Assembly (NCBI GenBank): GCA_047974375.1
Contig: JBKECF010000029.1
Coordinates: 4,099-68,098, forward strand
Reading direction: 5' to 3'
Source: Lachnospirales bacterium
Lineage (GTDB): Bacteria > Bacillota > Clostridia > Lachnospirales > CAMZNU01
Length of the DNA stretch: 64,000 nt
The translations under genes were made by a program, and so were the position numbers. The notes below the pieces were generated by a model, which saw nothing but the letters and a program-made list of their open reading frames with translations, did not search any database and had not been told where the DNA came from. Shown here one piece after another: positions 50,656-60,659 of this stretch; position 1 is the first letter of the stretch; every line of letters begins with the position of its first letter.

Positions 50656-51196
50656 GTTGTACCTCCTCGTATTTAAATATTTTTTTTACATGATTGTAAA
50701 GCAGCTCTAGTTCGAAAATAATCATGGCAAAGCCGGCTAAAGGTATAGGAAAATACATCCAAAATTTGGAAACGTTAGGCATTGAAACATATGAACCTTT
50801 CCCCCCGATTGTAGTAGCGTACTTCCAACCTACTGTAATCATAATAACGGCTAGTACAAGGACTGCAACGTCAGATAGTATGTCTAAAAACAATACTAAA
50901 TTTTTTGGTAAATATCTATCAAAGGCAGTCATTCTAATGTGCGAGTTGCGTCTTATAGCTAAAGAAGCTGCTAGTACAGCCATATAGGACATACATGTTA
51001 AAACTACTTCCTCTGTCCATGCTGCATCTTTTATAAATGGCAAGATAGATGTAACTATTTCAAAACGGCCTAAAACAGCATACGTAGTAATTAAAATATC
51101 AATTACTAGTAAAATTTTACAAAAAAATAGAACAACTTTATCTACCCTATCAAATGCAGGCTTAATTTTATCAACACTTTGAAAAAAATTATTCAT
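50648..51196 (-). CDS. dctQ: TRAP small permease DctQ
   Basis: WTEEV and HIRM motifs; 4 TM segments. Confidence 0.85.
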   Translation of the reverse strand: MNNFFQSVDKIKPAFDRVDKVVLFFCKILLVIDILITTYAVLGRFEIVTSILPFIKDAAWTEEVVLTCMSYMAVLAASLAIRRNSHIRMTAFDRYLPKNLVLFLDILSDVAVLVLAVIMITVGWKYATTIGGKGSYVSMPNVSKFWMYFPIPLAGFAMIIFELELLYNHVKKIFKYEEVQHD

Positions 51197-51271
51197 TTTT
51201 CTCCTTTCGATATATTAAATTATAAAAAAGGGTTGCCGAATTTACACGACAATCCCTTGTTCTTAAGTATT

Positions 51272-52306
51272 TTATTTCATAGATATAATTTGTTCGTATA
51301 ATTCAGTGTTATCGCCAACTGCTTCTGTAACTACATCTTGTACAGCTGCAATCCATGGAGCCTTGTCTGGAACTTCTACAACATTTATACCCTCTTCTTT
51401 AAGTCCTTCTAAAACTTCAAGCTCAGCTTTTTCTGAAATTTCTTTGTTAAAAGCTGAAGTTAATTTACCAGCTTCCATCATAGCCGCTTGTTGTTCTTCA
51501 CTTAATTTAGCCCATGCCTCATCTGTAATAATAACTTGGATTGCTCCTAAAGTATGCTCGTCTAAAATTAAATTAGGTGCAACTTCTTGGAAGGCATTAG
51601 ATTTATAGTTAGAAATTGGTTGTTCTGCACCATCAACTACACCTGTTTGAATAGCTGAATATAATTCGCCAAAGTTTACAACTGTTGGTGCTGCACCAAG
51701 GCTATTTACTAAACCTTGCATAACTGGGTCGTTAGAAACACGTAATTTTAGGCCAGCCATATCTTCAATAGAGTTTACAGGTGTTGTTGTAAAGAAGCTA
51801 CGGAATCCTTCTTCGCCATAGAATAAACCTCTTATGCCAGTGCCATTTTCGCTAGGCTCCATTAAAAATTCAGAGGCTAAATCTGACTCGGCAAAGTTCC
51901 AAAAATGTTGGCGATTTTCAAAAGTATATGGTAAAGAAAGTAATTTAGATTTCTCACCACCGTAACTAGTTAAGGCAAAAGCGGATATACGTGACATGTC
52001 TACAGTGCCACCGCCACCAAGCATTGTGTCTAGAACATCACTTTCAGCACCTAAAACACCACTGGCTTGTACATCAATAATTACAGAACCTTCTGTAAGT
52101 TTTTCTACTTCTTCTTTGAATTTTAAACCTGTTTGGCCAACTATTGTGTCTGGTGGGTTTACCTCAGCATAAACTAAAGTAATAGGTTCAGTAGAACTAC
52201 CACCATCTGCTGCAGTATCACCTGCTGTATCTGCTCCTTGGCCACCACAACCTACAACGGCTATGGCACTAACTAATGCTGTTGCTAATAACTTTTTGAA
52301 TTTCAT
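51272..52306 (-). CDS. dctP: TRAP substrate-binding lipoprotein DctP (sugar-acid type)
   Basis: Lipobox VVGC; GFRSFF, LKLRV and ELYSAIQTGVVDGAEQ. Confidence 0.88.
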   Translation of the reverse strand: MKFKKLLATALVSAIAVVGCGGQGADTAGDTAADGGSSTEPITLVYAEVNPPDTIVGQTGLKFKEEVEKLTEGSVIIDVQASGVLGAESDVLDTMLGGGGTVDMSRISAFALTSYGGEKSKLLSLPYTFENRQHFWNFAESDLASEFLMEPSENGTGIRGLFYGEEGFRSFFTTTPVNSIEDMAGLKLRVSNDPVMQGLVNSLGAAPTVVNFGELYSAIQTGVVDGAEQPISNYKSNAFQEVAPNLILDEHTLGAIQVIITDEAWAKLSEEQQAAMMEAGKLTSAFNKEISEKAELEVLEGLKEEGINVVEVPDKAPWIAAVQDVVTEAVGDNTELYEQIISMK

Positions 52307-52456
52307 AACTTCCTCCTTTAAATGTGATTTTAAAACTAGATGTGTAAAATTTTTGGTAAGTATAATATTTTCGCTCTAATATAAAATCCATAGTTTTGTA
52401 GCAATTCCATTAGATTTAAATAACAAAGATGAAAAAGGGAATTGCTTTACTTTGCA

Positions 52457-52496
52457 AGTATAAGGTTTACAATGCCATGTGTCAAGTTGTATACAT
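52457..52496 (-). promoter_or_regulatory. dctP promoter with a GntR/FadR-like palindrome
   Basis: TTGACA (52485-52480), 17 nt, TATACT (52462-52457); TGTATACA palindrome at 52488-52495. Confidence 0.55.
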
Positions 52497-52749
52497 GATA
52501 AATACACTAATTTAATAGGACAAACGCCTATTTAAACGGGTTTTTATTATATAAAAAAATATTAAACAAACTAAAAAAAGCCAAGGAGAAAATAAATTTA
52601 AAAAAAGTTTTTTTACTAAAAAAGCAAAAAACTTTACATATAGTATTATTTCATTGTAAAATTAATTATAACTCGTACTGAAAATAAATAAGAATCTAAT
52701 TTGGAGTAAATCAATGTTGTTTTGTGTATAATTTCACATGAAATTTATT

Positions 52750-53343
52750 ACTATGGGTGAGAGATAGAATGTTACCAAAATAGGCTTTTATGCGTTTTAT
52801 GGTGCAGGTAATGCTGGTACTGTAAGGTTAAAATCGGTTGTTTTACCAGATACTCTAAAAGAAATAGATGATTTTGCTTTTGGTGAAACCAATTTTAGCT
52901 CGGTAGTGATTCCGGATAACGTAGTTAGCATAGGTCGAGCTAGTTTTTATAGTAATGATAATTTAGAGACTGTAGAGCTATCAGAAGGACTAAAATATAT
53001 AGGGGATTTTGCTTTTAATCAATGTGCTATAAGAGAGATAGATCTGCCGAATTCTCTAACTGAAATAGGACAAGGGGCTTTTGATGGTAATAACTTAACC
53101 ACAGTAACTATACCGACAGGCATTGAAGTATTAAAATGTGACATTTTTGTATTTAATGCTTTAGAAACTATTGAGATACCTAGCAATATACGTTATATAG
53201 GAGTTGGAGCTTTTAGTTACAATAATTTAACATCAATAAAAATACCATCAAGTATTAGTGAATTTTATTTTGAAGGTTATTGGCAAGGTAGTTTTTTTTG
53301 GTACAATGTTGTTATAGTTCCGGAGCTATTTAATGGATTTTAG
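52750..53343 (+). pseudogene. BspA-type leucine-rich repeat (LRR_5) gene remnant
   Basis: Repeats of IPxxVxxIGxxAF. The LRR frame extends upstream to 52768 (NVTKIGFYAF..LPDTLKEIDDFAF) and is cut by TAG at 52765; no signal peptide or SD-linked start. Confidence 0.7.
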
Positions 53344-53494
53344 TATATTGAATTATAAGCAAAAACTTTATTAAAATACAAAGGTTATAAATCTGGCTAT
53401 TTTATAAGGATTGAAAAATTAAATATGAATTGTATTTTATTTTTTCTAGATATAGTAATTGTAAATAATGTTAAATTGAGGAGGAATTTGTATT

Positions 53495-53868
53495 ATGAAA
53501 AAAAATATTTTATGAGTAAAAAAAATAAATTTTTATTTTTTATTCTAGGTATTATTATTATTGTTTTTTTTATAACTGTAGTACATCCATTTAATTTTAA
53601 TATTAAATTAAACAAGTATGTTACAACAGAATATAAAGATATATATACACTTGATAATAATAAAAAAAATAAAATTATGTTTTATAATTTAAATGAACAA
53701 AAAATGTATTTAACTGTGTCTAATGAAAAAGGATATATAATTATAAAAGATAGATTAATTGATAAAAATTCTAATACAAGAATTGAAGATATTGATAATT
53801 ATAATATTATTATATTTAAAATTAAATCATTTGATAAAAATGGTAATTATAGTTTTGAATTAAAGTAA
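53495..53868 (+). CDS. Small membrane-anchored hypothetical protein, possibly frameshifted at an A8 tract
   Basis: SD GAGGAGG precedes the ATG at 53495, which is out of frame unless A8 becomes A9; an in-frame ATG at 53512 lacks an SD; N-terminal TM helix. Confidence 0.45.
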
Positions 53869-54143
53869 AACGCAAAATAGAATCTTTAAAAAGAAAACCA
53901 CTTTTTTAAGATTTCCAATTAGCGTTTTTTTGCTAAAAAATTTCAACCTAGTTAGTAAACTTGATTTTGGTAAGCGTTAAAGTAACAGTGCCTTATAAAA
54001 CACAAAAAATTGTGTATAGGGAACCAGAGGTGAAAATAATTGTACAGAAATAATATTATAATCGACCCAAAAGGTATACCACAAGGCTATGTAGAAGAAG
54101 TTTGTGAAGAAAAAATATAGTGTAAGAGAATAATAATAGTAAT

Positions 54144-54241
54144 GAGGCTGTATTGGAATAAAAAATATTACCAAATTAAAAGTTGATTTTAAAAAAATAT
54201 ATAAAAATGCAAAAAGAGCGATGGGTTTTCGCTCTTTTTTT
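54144..54241 (+). repeat. Dispersed repeat copy 2 (partial); its hairpin serves as the nudF terminator
   Basis: Aligns by eye at roughly 80% with the reverse complement of 3752-3850. Confidence 0.75.
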
Positions 54242-54254
54242 GTTTCTAATTGTA

Positions 54255-54794
54255 TTATTTACAATAACTTTTGTAAAATAAAATACCAGCTATAGTTTTA
54301 CCGTCAACAATGTCGCCTTTTTTAATCATTTCCTCTGTTTCTTCCAAAGTAAACTCAGCAGTTTCTACAAATTCATCGGGGTCTAAGTTTTGGGATGTTT
54401 TAACTAAATCTTTGGCTAAATAGACATGAATAACTTCTGTGCTGTATCCCATAGTAGGATAAATTTTAAACATAAATTCTATAGAATTACATTTGTATCC
54501 TGTTTCTTCTTCGACTTCTCGTTTAGCACAATCTACGGGAATTTCGTTAGGGTCAAGTAATCCAGCTGGCAATTCCCAAGATAAATCGCCGTAGGCATGT
54601 CTATATTGTTTAACAAGTATAAGCTTATTTTCATTTGTAAGAACAACAGAGGCTGTTGCACCAATGTGTTTTAAAGTTTCACGTATTGCGCTTTTTCCAT
54701 TTGGTAAAGAGATAGTGTCTTTTTTTATATGCATTATTGAGCCTTTAAAAATATCAGTACTTTCTAGTAGTTTAAAATCTTCTTTATTTAGCAT
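54255..54794 (-). CDS. nudF: ADP-ribose pyrophosphatase (NUDIX)
   Basis: VKQYRH and Nudix box ELPAGLLDPNE...CAKREVEEETGY. Confidence 0.88.
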   Translation of the reverse strand: MLNKEDFKLLESTDIFKGSIMHIKKDTISLPNGKSAIRETLKHIGATASVVLTNENKLILVKQYRHAYGDLSWELPAGLLDPNEIPVDCAKREVEEETGYKCNSIEFMFKIYPTMGYSTEVIHVYLAKDLVKTSQNLDPDEFVETAEFTLEETEEMIKKGDIVDGKTIAGILFYKSYCK

Positions 54795-54888
54795 GATAAC
54801 TTCCTTTCGTTATGTTTTCTATAAGTAATATGTTTAGTATAATAGTTTTAGATGGAACTTTCAATTAAATTTATTAATGACTACACTA

Positions 54889-54914
54889 AAAAGGGGACAC
54901 CTTTGGTGTCCCCT
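54889..54914 (-). terminator. Terminator of the gcv-lpdA operon
   Basis: AGGGGACACC-TTT-GGTGTCCCCT with an upstream A-tract (U-tract on the minus strand). Confidence 0.72.
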
Positions 54915-54933
54915 AAATAAATATGAGTAAGGT

Positions 54934-56298
54934 TTAAGCTTCAACAGCCGATGTTATTCCCTCGCTAAAAGTAGGGTGTGGTCTAATTACCGAACGCATT
55001 TGTTCTAAAGTCATTTCACCTACCATGGCTGTTCCTATTTCACTAATCATGTCTGTGGCTCTTGCACACATCATTTGCGCACCAAGAATTTTACCTGTAC
55101 TTTCTTCAGCTACTACCTTAATAAATCCTCTTTCTTGGTTGGAAAGAATAGATTTACCATTGGAAGTTGTTACATATTTTTTGCTTATTGTTTTAATGCC
55201 GGCTTCATCTGCTTCAGCTTTAGACATTCCAATAACAGCAATTTCTGGGTTAGTATAAACACAACTAGGAACTACATTCATGTTAATATGTGGCTTTTCG
55301 TTTTTCATATGAGCAATAGCATTTATACCTTCCGCTGTTGCAACATGTGCTAATTGAATCCCGCCTATAACATCTCCTATTGCGTATATGTTTGGAATAT
55401 TTGTTTGGTAATTCTCGTTTACAAGTATCTTGCCAGATTCCATAGCAATATTTATATCATCGTTTATAAGACCATCTACATTTGCACGTCTGCCTACTGA
55501 AACTAAAACACCATCAATTTCAATTTCGTTAAGGGAATCTTTTTCAGTATAACGGCAAATTAGTTTTCCGTTTGTACCTTCTAAGATTTCTTCAACTCGT
55601 GCTTTTGTGTGTATATCTACGTTTCTTTTTTTCAAAATCACTTTTAAATTTTGGGCTATGTCTTTATCCATGTTAGCTAGAATTCTGTCTAATGCTTCAA
55701 TTACGGTAACTTTACAACCTAAAGAGCTATATATAGACGCAAATTCCATACCAATAACGCCGCCTCCGATTACAACAAGATTTTTATAAACCTTTTTTGT
55801 ATCTAAAAGGGCATCACTGTTTATTACATTTTCAAGGTTAATTCCTGGAATTGGTGGCATAACTGGAGTTGAGCCTGTAGCAATTAATATTTTATCGGTA
55901 GTTAATCTATTTACTTCTTTACCTTGTACAGTAACTTCATTAGGAGAGGTAATTGTACCAATGCCCTCGAAAACTATTATTTTATTTTTCTTCATTAACA
56001 TAGAAATTCCGCCACGTAGTTGGTTTATAACTTCTTCTTTTCTGCTTTGGATTTTTTCCATATCGTAGGAAATTTCACCTACTTGTACACCTAGGTCTTG
56101 GCACTCTTTTAGCTCCTCGTATAATTCTGTAGAATGCATAATAGTTTTGGTTGGAATACACCCGCGATTTAAACAAGTGCCACCAAGCTCTCTGCTTTCT
56201 ACAAGGGCTACAGCCATGCCTTTTTTTGCGCCTTCAATAGCAGCTTCATACCCACCTGGACCAGCCCCAATAACAATTAAATCAAATTTTTCTGTCAT
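54934..56298 (-). CDS. lpdA: Dihydrolipoyl dehydrogenase (glycine cleavage L protein)
   Basis: GAGPGG, GGTCLNRGCIPTK and HPTFSE. Confidence 0.95.
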   Translation of the reverse strand: MTEKFDLIVIGAGPGGYEAAIEGAKKGMAVALVESRELGGTCLNRGCIPTKTIMHSTELYEELKECQDLGVQVGEISYDMEKIQSRKEEVINQLRGGISMLMKKNKIIVFEGIGTITSPNEVTVQGKEVNRLTTDKILIATGSTPVMPPIPGINLENVINSDALLDTKKVYKNLVVIGGGVIGMEFASIYSSLGCKVTVIEALDRILANMDKDIAQNLKVILKKRNVDIHTKARVEEILEGTNGKLICRYTEKDSLNEIEIDGVLVSVGRRANVDGLINDDINIAMESGKILVNENYQTNIPNIYAIGDVIGGIQLAHVATAEGINAIAHMKNEKPHINMNVVPSCVYTNPEIAVIGMSKAEADEAGIKTISKKYVTTSNGKSILSNQERGFIKVVAEESTGKILGAQMMCARATDMISEIGTAMVGEMTLEQMRSVIRPHPTFSEGITSAVEA

Positions 56299-56326
56299 AT
56301 TTTCATCCTTACTGATTAAATTCGCT

Positions 56327-57751
56327 TTAAAACTCGTAGCGAAGTACTGGGTTCCTTGCAGCTTGTAAATCGTCTGGTCTGCGTATATAAGTTTTTACTG
56401 GTGATTCGTGCATAGATTCAGGGTCTGCCTGTGCTCTTTCGTAAATTTCACGGAACACACCTATTACTTCGTCCATAGTTTCTTTACTTTCAGTTTCTGT
56501 AGGTTCCACCATTAATGCCTCGTGGACAATAAGTGGGAAGTACATAGTAGGCGGATGAATTCCATAATCTAATAGAGATTTTGCAATATCCATAGCTGAT
56601 ACATTTATATCGTGTTTCATTTTTTCTAATGTCATAACAAATTCATGCATACAAATTTCATCATATGCCATTGGGTATATATCCTTAAGTTTTGCCATCA
56701 TGTAGTTGGCGTTTAATACTGCATTTTTAGAAACTTCTGGTACCCCTTCTTTTCCTAGGGTTAATATATAAGTTAATGCACGTACAACTACAAGGAAATT
56801 ACCATAAAAATCTTTCAAACTTCCCATTGTATGCTTTGGAACTGTAAAGGATAATTCTTTTTCCCCAACTACTTGTTTTCCTGGGAGGAAATCTTGCAAC
56901 AAGGCTTTGCAGCCTACTGGTCCACTACCTGGTCCACCTCCGCCATGAGGAGTAGAGAATGTTTTGTGAAGATTTAAATGGATTACATCAAATCCCATAT
57001 CCCCCGGACGAACTATTCCCATAATGGCATTTAAGTTTGCACCATCGTAATAATTTAAGCCGCCGGCTTCATGTACAATTGACGTGATTTCTAAAATGTT
57101 TTTATCGAACAAACCAACTGTATTAGGATTTGTAAGCATTAAACCTGCTGTGTCTGGTCCTACAACTTCACGTAATTTATCTAAATCTACGCAACCGTCT
57201 TCTCTGGAAGGAATGTTTATAACTGTAAAATCTGCCATTATTGCACTTGCTGGGTTAGTTCCATGAGCTGAGTCGGGAACGATTATTTTAGTTCTATTGC
57301 TGTCTTTTCTGCTAAGATGATAGGCTTTTATAAGAAGTAAGCCAGCAAGTTCACCATGGGCGCCTGCTGCAGGCTGAAAGGACATGTCGTCCATACCTGT
57401 AATTTCACAAAGTAGTTCTTTTGATGTTTTTAATACTTCCATACAACCTTGTACTGTGTGCTCTGGTTGTAATGGGTGGATTTTAGCAAAACCACCGAAA
57501 GAAGCAGCTGTATCATTAATTTTTGGATTGTACTTCATGGTACAAGAGCCTAATGGATAAAAACCATCGTTAACACCATGAACCTGTTTTGCTAATGATG
57601 TATAATGTCTGCTAACTTCATTTTCTGATAATTGTGGTAAGCGAGGTTTTTTCTCACGTTTTGGGAAAGGTAGTTTTTCCTTTGGTACGTCACATTCTGG
57701 CATAAAAGTACAATGTCTACCATCGCTACCTTTTTCAAATACTAATTTCAT
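56327..57751 (-). CDS. gcvPB: Glycine dehydrogenase subunit 2
   Basis: PLGSCTMKYNP, SAHGTNPAS and LNLHKTFSTPHGGGGPG; ATG overlaps the gcvPA stop (TAATG). Confidence 0.95.
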   Translation of the reverse strand: MKLVFEKGSDGRHCTFMPECDVPKEKLPFPKREKKPRLPQLSENEVSRHYTSLAKQVHGVNDGFYPLGSCTMKYNPKINDTAASFGGFAKIHPLQPEHTVQGCMEVLKTSKELLCEITGMDDMSFQPAAGAHGELAGLLLIKAYHLSRKDSNRTKIIVPDSAHGTNPASAIMADFTVINIPSREDGCVDLDKLREVVGPDTAGLMLTNPNTVGLFDKNILEITSIVHEAGGLNYYDGANLNAIMGIVRPGDMGFDVIHLNLHKTFSTPHGGGGPGSGPVGCKALLQDFLPGKQVVGEKELSFTVPKHTMGSLKDFYGNFLVVVRALTYILTLGKEGVPEVSKNAVLNANYMMAKLKDIYPMAYDEICMHEFVMTLEKMKHDINVSAMDIAKSLLDYGIHPPTMYFPLIVHEALMVEPTETESKETMDEVIGVFREIYERAQADPESMHESPVKTYIRRPDDLQAARNPVLRYEF

Positions 57752-59064
57752 TACAGACACACCTCCTTAACAATTGCTACTAGCTGATCTATATCGGCTT
57801 TTGTGTTTTTTTCTGTGGCACACCAAAGAATATCATTATCATTTAATGGCAGGCCGCCTAAAAAGCCTTTTTCTTCAAGGGCAGATAATATATCATTTGT
57901 TTTTAAAGATGATGTCGTCACAAATTCGTGAAAATGTGGTTGGTTGTATTTTGTTTTTAAACCTATTTTTTCTAGTTCTTTTTGAAGATAATGAGCTTTA
58001 GAATTACAAAGTTCTGCTACTTGGCTCATTCCAGTTTCACCCATAGATGACATATAAACGCCTGCAGTTAGGGCACAAAGAGCTTGATTTGAACATATGT
58101 TGCTACTAGCTTTTTCACGGCGTATATGTTGCTCTCTTGCTTGTAAAGTAAGTACAAAAGCTCTGTTGCCAACTTTATCTACAGTTTCACCTACTATTCT
58201 ACCTGGTAGCTTACGTATTGATTTTCCTGAAGCTGCCATAAATCCTAAGTAAGGGCCACCAAATGCAATTCCCATACCTAAAGGTTGACCCTCGCCTACA
58301 GCAATGTCAGCTCCGCATTCAGCTGGAGTTTTCATAACTGCTAAAGCAATAGGGTTACAACTCATTATAAATTTTGCACCGGCTTCATGGGCTATATCCC
58401 CAAGGACTTCTGCATCTTCTATGTTTCCGTAGAAGTTTGGTTGCTGTAAGTAAAAAGATGCACTATCATCTTTTAAAGCGGATTTTAAAGCTTCGGCATC
58501 TGTAACACCATCTTTTTCGGGTATTATAACTACTTGCGTTCCTGCTCCGTAGCAATATGTTTTAATTACTTCTATAACCTGTGGGCTAGTTGTTGCAGAT
58601 ATATATGTTACGGTTCTTTTTCTTTCTCTACACATTGCAACAGCCTCTGCGGCTGCTGTTGCACCATCATAAACTGATGCATTGGATACTTCCATTCCTG
58701 TAAGCTCACATATCATAGTTTGATATTCAAAAATGGATTGCAATATACCTTGGCTTATTTCTGCCTGATAGGGCGTGTATGCTGTTAAAAACTCTTCTTT
58801 CCCAGTAACACTTCCTACAATTGATGGGATATAATGATTGTACGCACCAGCCCCTCTAAATATGTGCTTAAATACTATATTTTTTTCTGCAATAGATTCC
58901 ATTTTGCTATATACTTCCATCTCGCTAAGACCTGACGGAAGGTTTAGATTTTTAACTTTTACTTCCTCAGGTATTTGAGAGAATAAAGCGTCAAAACTGT
59001 CACAACCTATGTCTTTTAACATTTCTTGTTGCTCTTTTTGTGTGCTCGCTATATAAGATCCCAT
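57751..59064 (-). CDS. gcvPA: Glycine dehydrogenase subunit 1
   Basis: TAYTPYQAEISQG and REQHIRREKASSNICSNQAL. Confidence 0.95.
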   Translation of the reverse strand: MGSYIASTQKEQQEMLKDIGCDSFDALFSQIPEEVKVKNLNLPSGLSEMEVYSKMESIAEKNIVFKHIFRGAGAYNHYIPSIVGSVTGKEEFLTAYTPYQAEISQGILQSIFEYQTMICELTGMEVSNASVYDGATAAAEAVAMCRERKRTVTYISATTSPQVIEVIKTYCYGAGTQVVIIPEKDGVTDAEALKSALKDDSASFYLQQPNFYGNIEDAEVLGDIAHEAGAKFIMSCNPIALAVMKTPAECGADIAVGEGQPLGMGIAFGGPYLGFMAASGKSIRKLPGRIVGETVDKVGNRAFVLTLQAREQHIRREKASSNICSNQALCALTAGVYMSSMGETGMSQVAELCNSKAHYLQKELEKIGLKTKYNQPHFHEFVTTSSLKTNDILSALEEKGFLGGLPLNDNDILWCATEKNTKADIDQLVAIVKEVCL

Positions 59065-59093
59065 TTATTCACCTCCTAGTTTTTTTCTTTATT

Positions 59094-59477
59094 CTACTCT
59101 GCTTCGTTCTCGACATATTCTGCATATGCGTCGGCGTCCATTAGTTCTTCAGTTTCTGTTATGTTAACAACTTTAACAAGCCATGCACCGTATGGGTCGT
59201 CGTTAATCATTTCTGGCGCATCTGCTAATTCTTCGTTAACTTCTGCTATTGTTCCCGTTACTGGAGAGTAAATATCAGATACTGCCTTTACTGACTCTAA
59301 GTCTGTAAAAGTAGTTCCTGCTGTAACGTCACTGTCTTCATCTGGAAGACTAACAAATACAATTCCTCCTAAGGCCTCTTGTGCAAAATTGCTTATACCG
59401 ATTAGTGCTGTTGTTTCATCAATAAATTTTACCCACTCATGTGATTTTCTGTATTTTAATTCTTTTGGATAGCTCAT
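59094..59477 (-). CDS. gcvH: Glycine cleavage H protein
   Basis: SHEWV, lipoyl site ESVKAVSD and NDDPYGAWL. Confidence 0.95.
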   Translation of the reverse strand: MSYPKELKYRKSHEWVKFIDETTALIGISNFAQEALGGIVFVSLPDEDSDVTAGTTFTDLESVKAVSDIYSPVTGTIAEVNEELADAPEMINDDPYGAWLVKVVNITETEELMDADAYAEYVENEAE

Positions 59478-59564
59478 ATTAATTTCCTCTCTGTCATTTT
59501 AGACCAGTTAAATTTTTTATGTTATTTTAATTTTAATGCAAGTTTTAAGTTTAAAACTTGTGGA

Positions 59565-60659
59565 CTATTTAGTTTTTTCTTTCTTATAAAATGGAAGTTT
59601 AACTACTTCAGCTTTAATGCGTCTGCCTCTAACTTCAACTTCAACTTCTGTTCCGATTTCTGTATGTTCGATTTCTAAAATAGCCATGGCTATTGGGTAG
59701 CCAAGGTAAGGGCAATGTGTGCCTGATGTGCTTTCGCCGATTGGTTCATCACCAACGTATACAGTACAATGTTCTCTTACAATACCTGCACTTGTTATTT
59801 TAAGTCCAACACGTTTTCTGGTTAATTCGAGATTTTTTTCCATTGCTGCTTTACCTATAAAACCCTCTTTATCCATTTTTACAGCAAAGTTAAGACCAGT
59901 TTCTAAAGGTGTTATAGTATCATCCATTTCATGGCCATATAAAGGCATGGCTGCTTCAAGCCTTAAAGTATCTCTTGCACCAAGTCCACAAGGGATTAAG
60001 CCTTGCTCTTCTCCTGCTTCCATTAAAACTTCCCAAAGCTTTGGTGCATCTTCTGTAGGTAAATAGATTTCAAAACCACTTTCACCTGTATATCCTGTGC
60101 GAGAAATAATACAATTTAAACCAGCTATATTACGGTTGAAAGTAGCGCTGTAAAACTTAGGTGGTATGTCTTCTTCTTTTGCAACTTTTTTAAGTATTTC
60201 TTCTGCTTTTGGGCCTTGTAGTGCTAATTGAGCAACTTCTGATGAAACATCCTTGAACTCCACATCTCCAAATTGGTGATCTTTAATCCAAGCGAAATCT
60301 TTATCTTTGTTTGAGGCATTAACTACTATTAAATAGTGATCTTCTTTTTCTTTGTAGACAATAAGGTCGTCTACCACTCCTCCATTTTCGTTACACATTG
60401 GGCTGTATCTAGCTTGTCCATCATACATTTTTGTAAAATCATTAGTTAGTAAATGATTTAAGTTTTTAATGGCATCTGGACCTACACAAGTAATTTCTCC
60501 CATGTGGGACACATCAAACAAACCACAAGCAGTACGCACTGCCATGTGCTCTGCAATAACTCCTGCCTTATATTGTACTGGAAGCAGGTATCCAGCAAAT
60601 GGTACAATTTTACCATTGTACTTTACATGTAAATCATATAGTGACGTTTTAAGTTCCAT
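59565..60659 (-). CDS. gcvT: Glycine cleavage T protein (aminomethyltransferase)
   Basis: [15 protein letters not shown] and [12 protein letters not shown]. Confidence 0.96.
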   Translation of the reverse strand: MELKTSLYDLHVKYNGKIVPFAGYLLPVQYKAGVIAEHMAVRTACGLFDVSHMGEITCVGPDAIKNLNHLLTNDFTKMYDGQARYSPMCNENGGVVDDLIVYKEKEDHYLIVVNASNKDKDFAWIKDHQFGDVEFKDVSSEVAQLALQGPKAEEILKKVAKEEDIPPKFYSATFNRNIAGLNCIISRTGYTGESGFEIYLPTEDAPKLWEVLMEAGEEQGLIPCGLGARDTLRLEAAMPLYGHEMDDTITPLETGLNFAVKMDKEGFIGKAAMEKNLELTRKRVGLKITSAGIVREHCTVYVGDEPIGESTSGTHCPYLGYPIAMAILEIEHTEIGTEVEVEVRGRRIKAEVVKLPFYKKEKTK

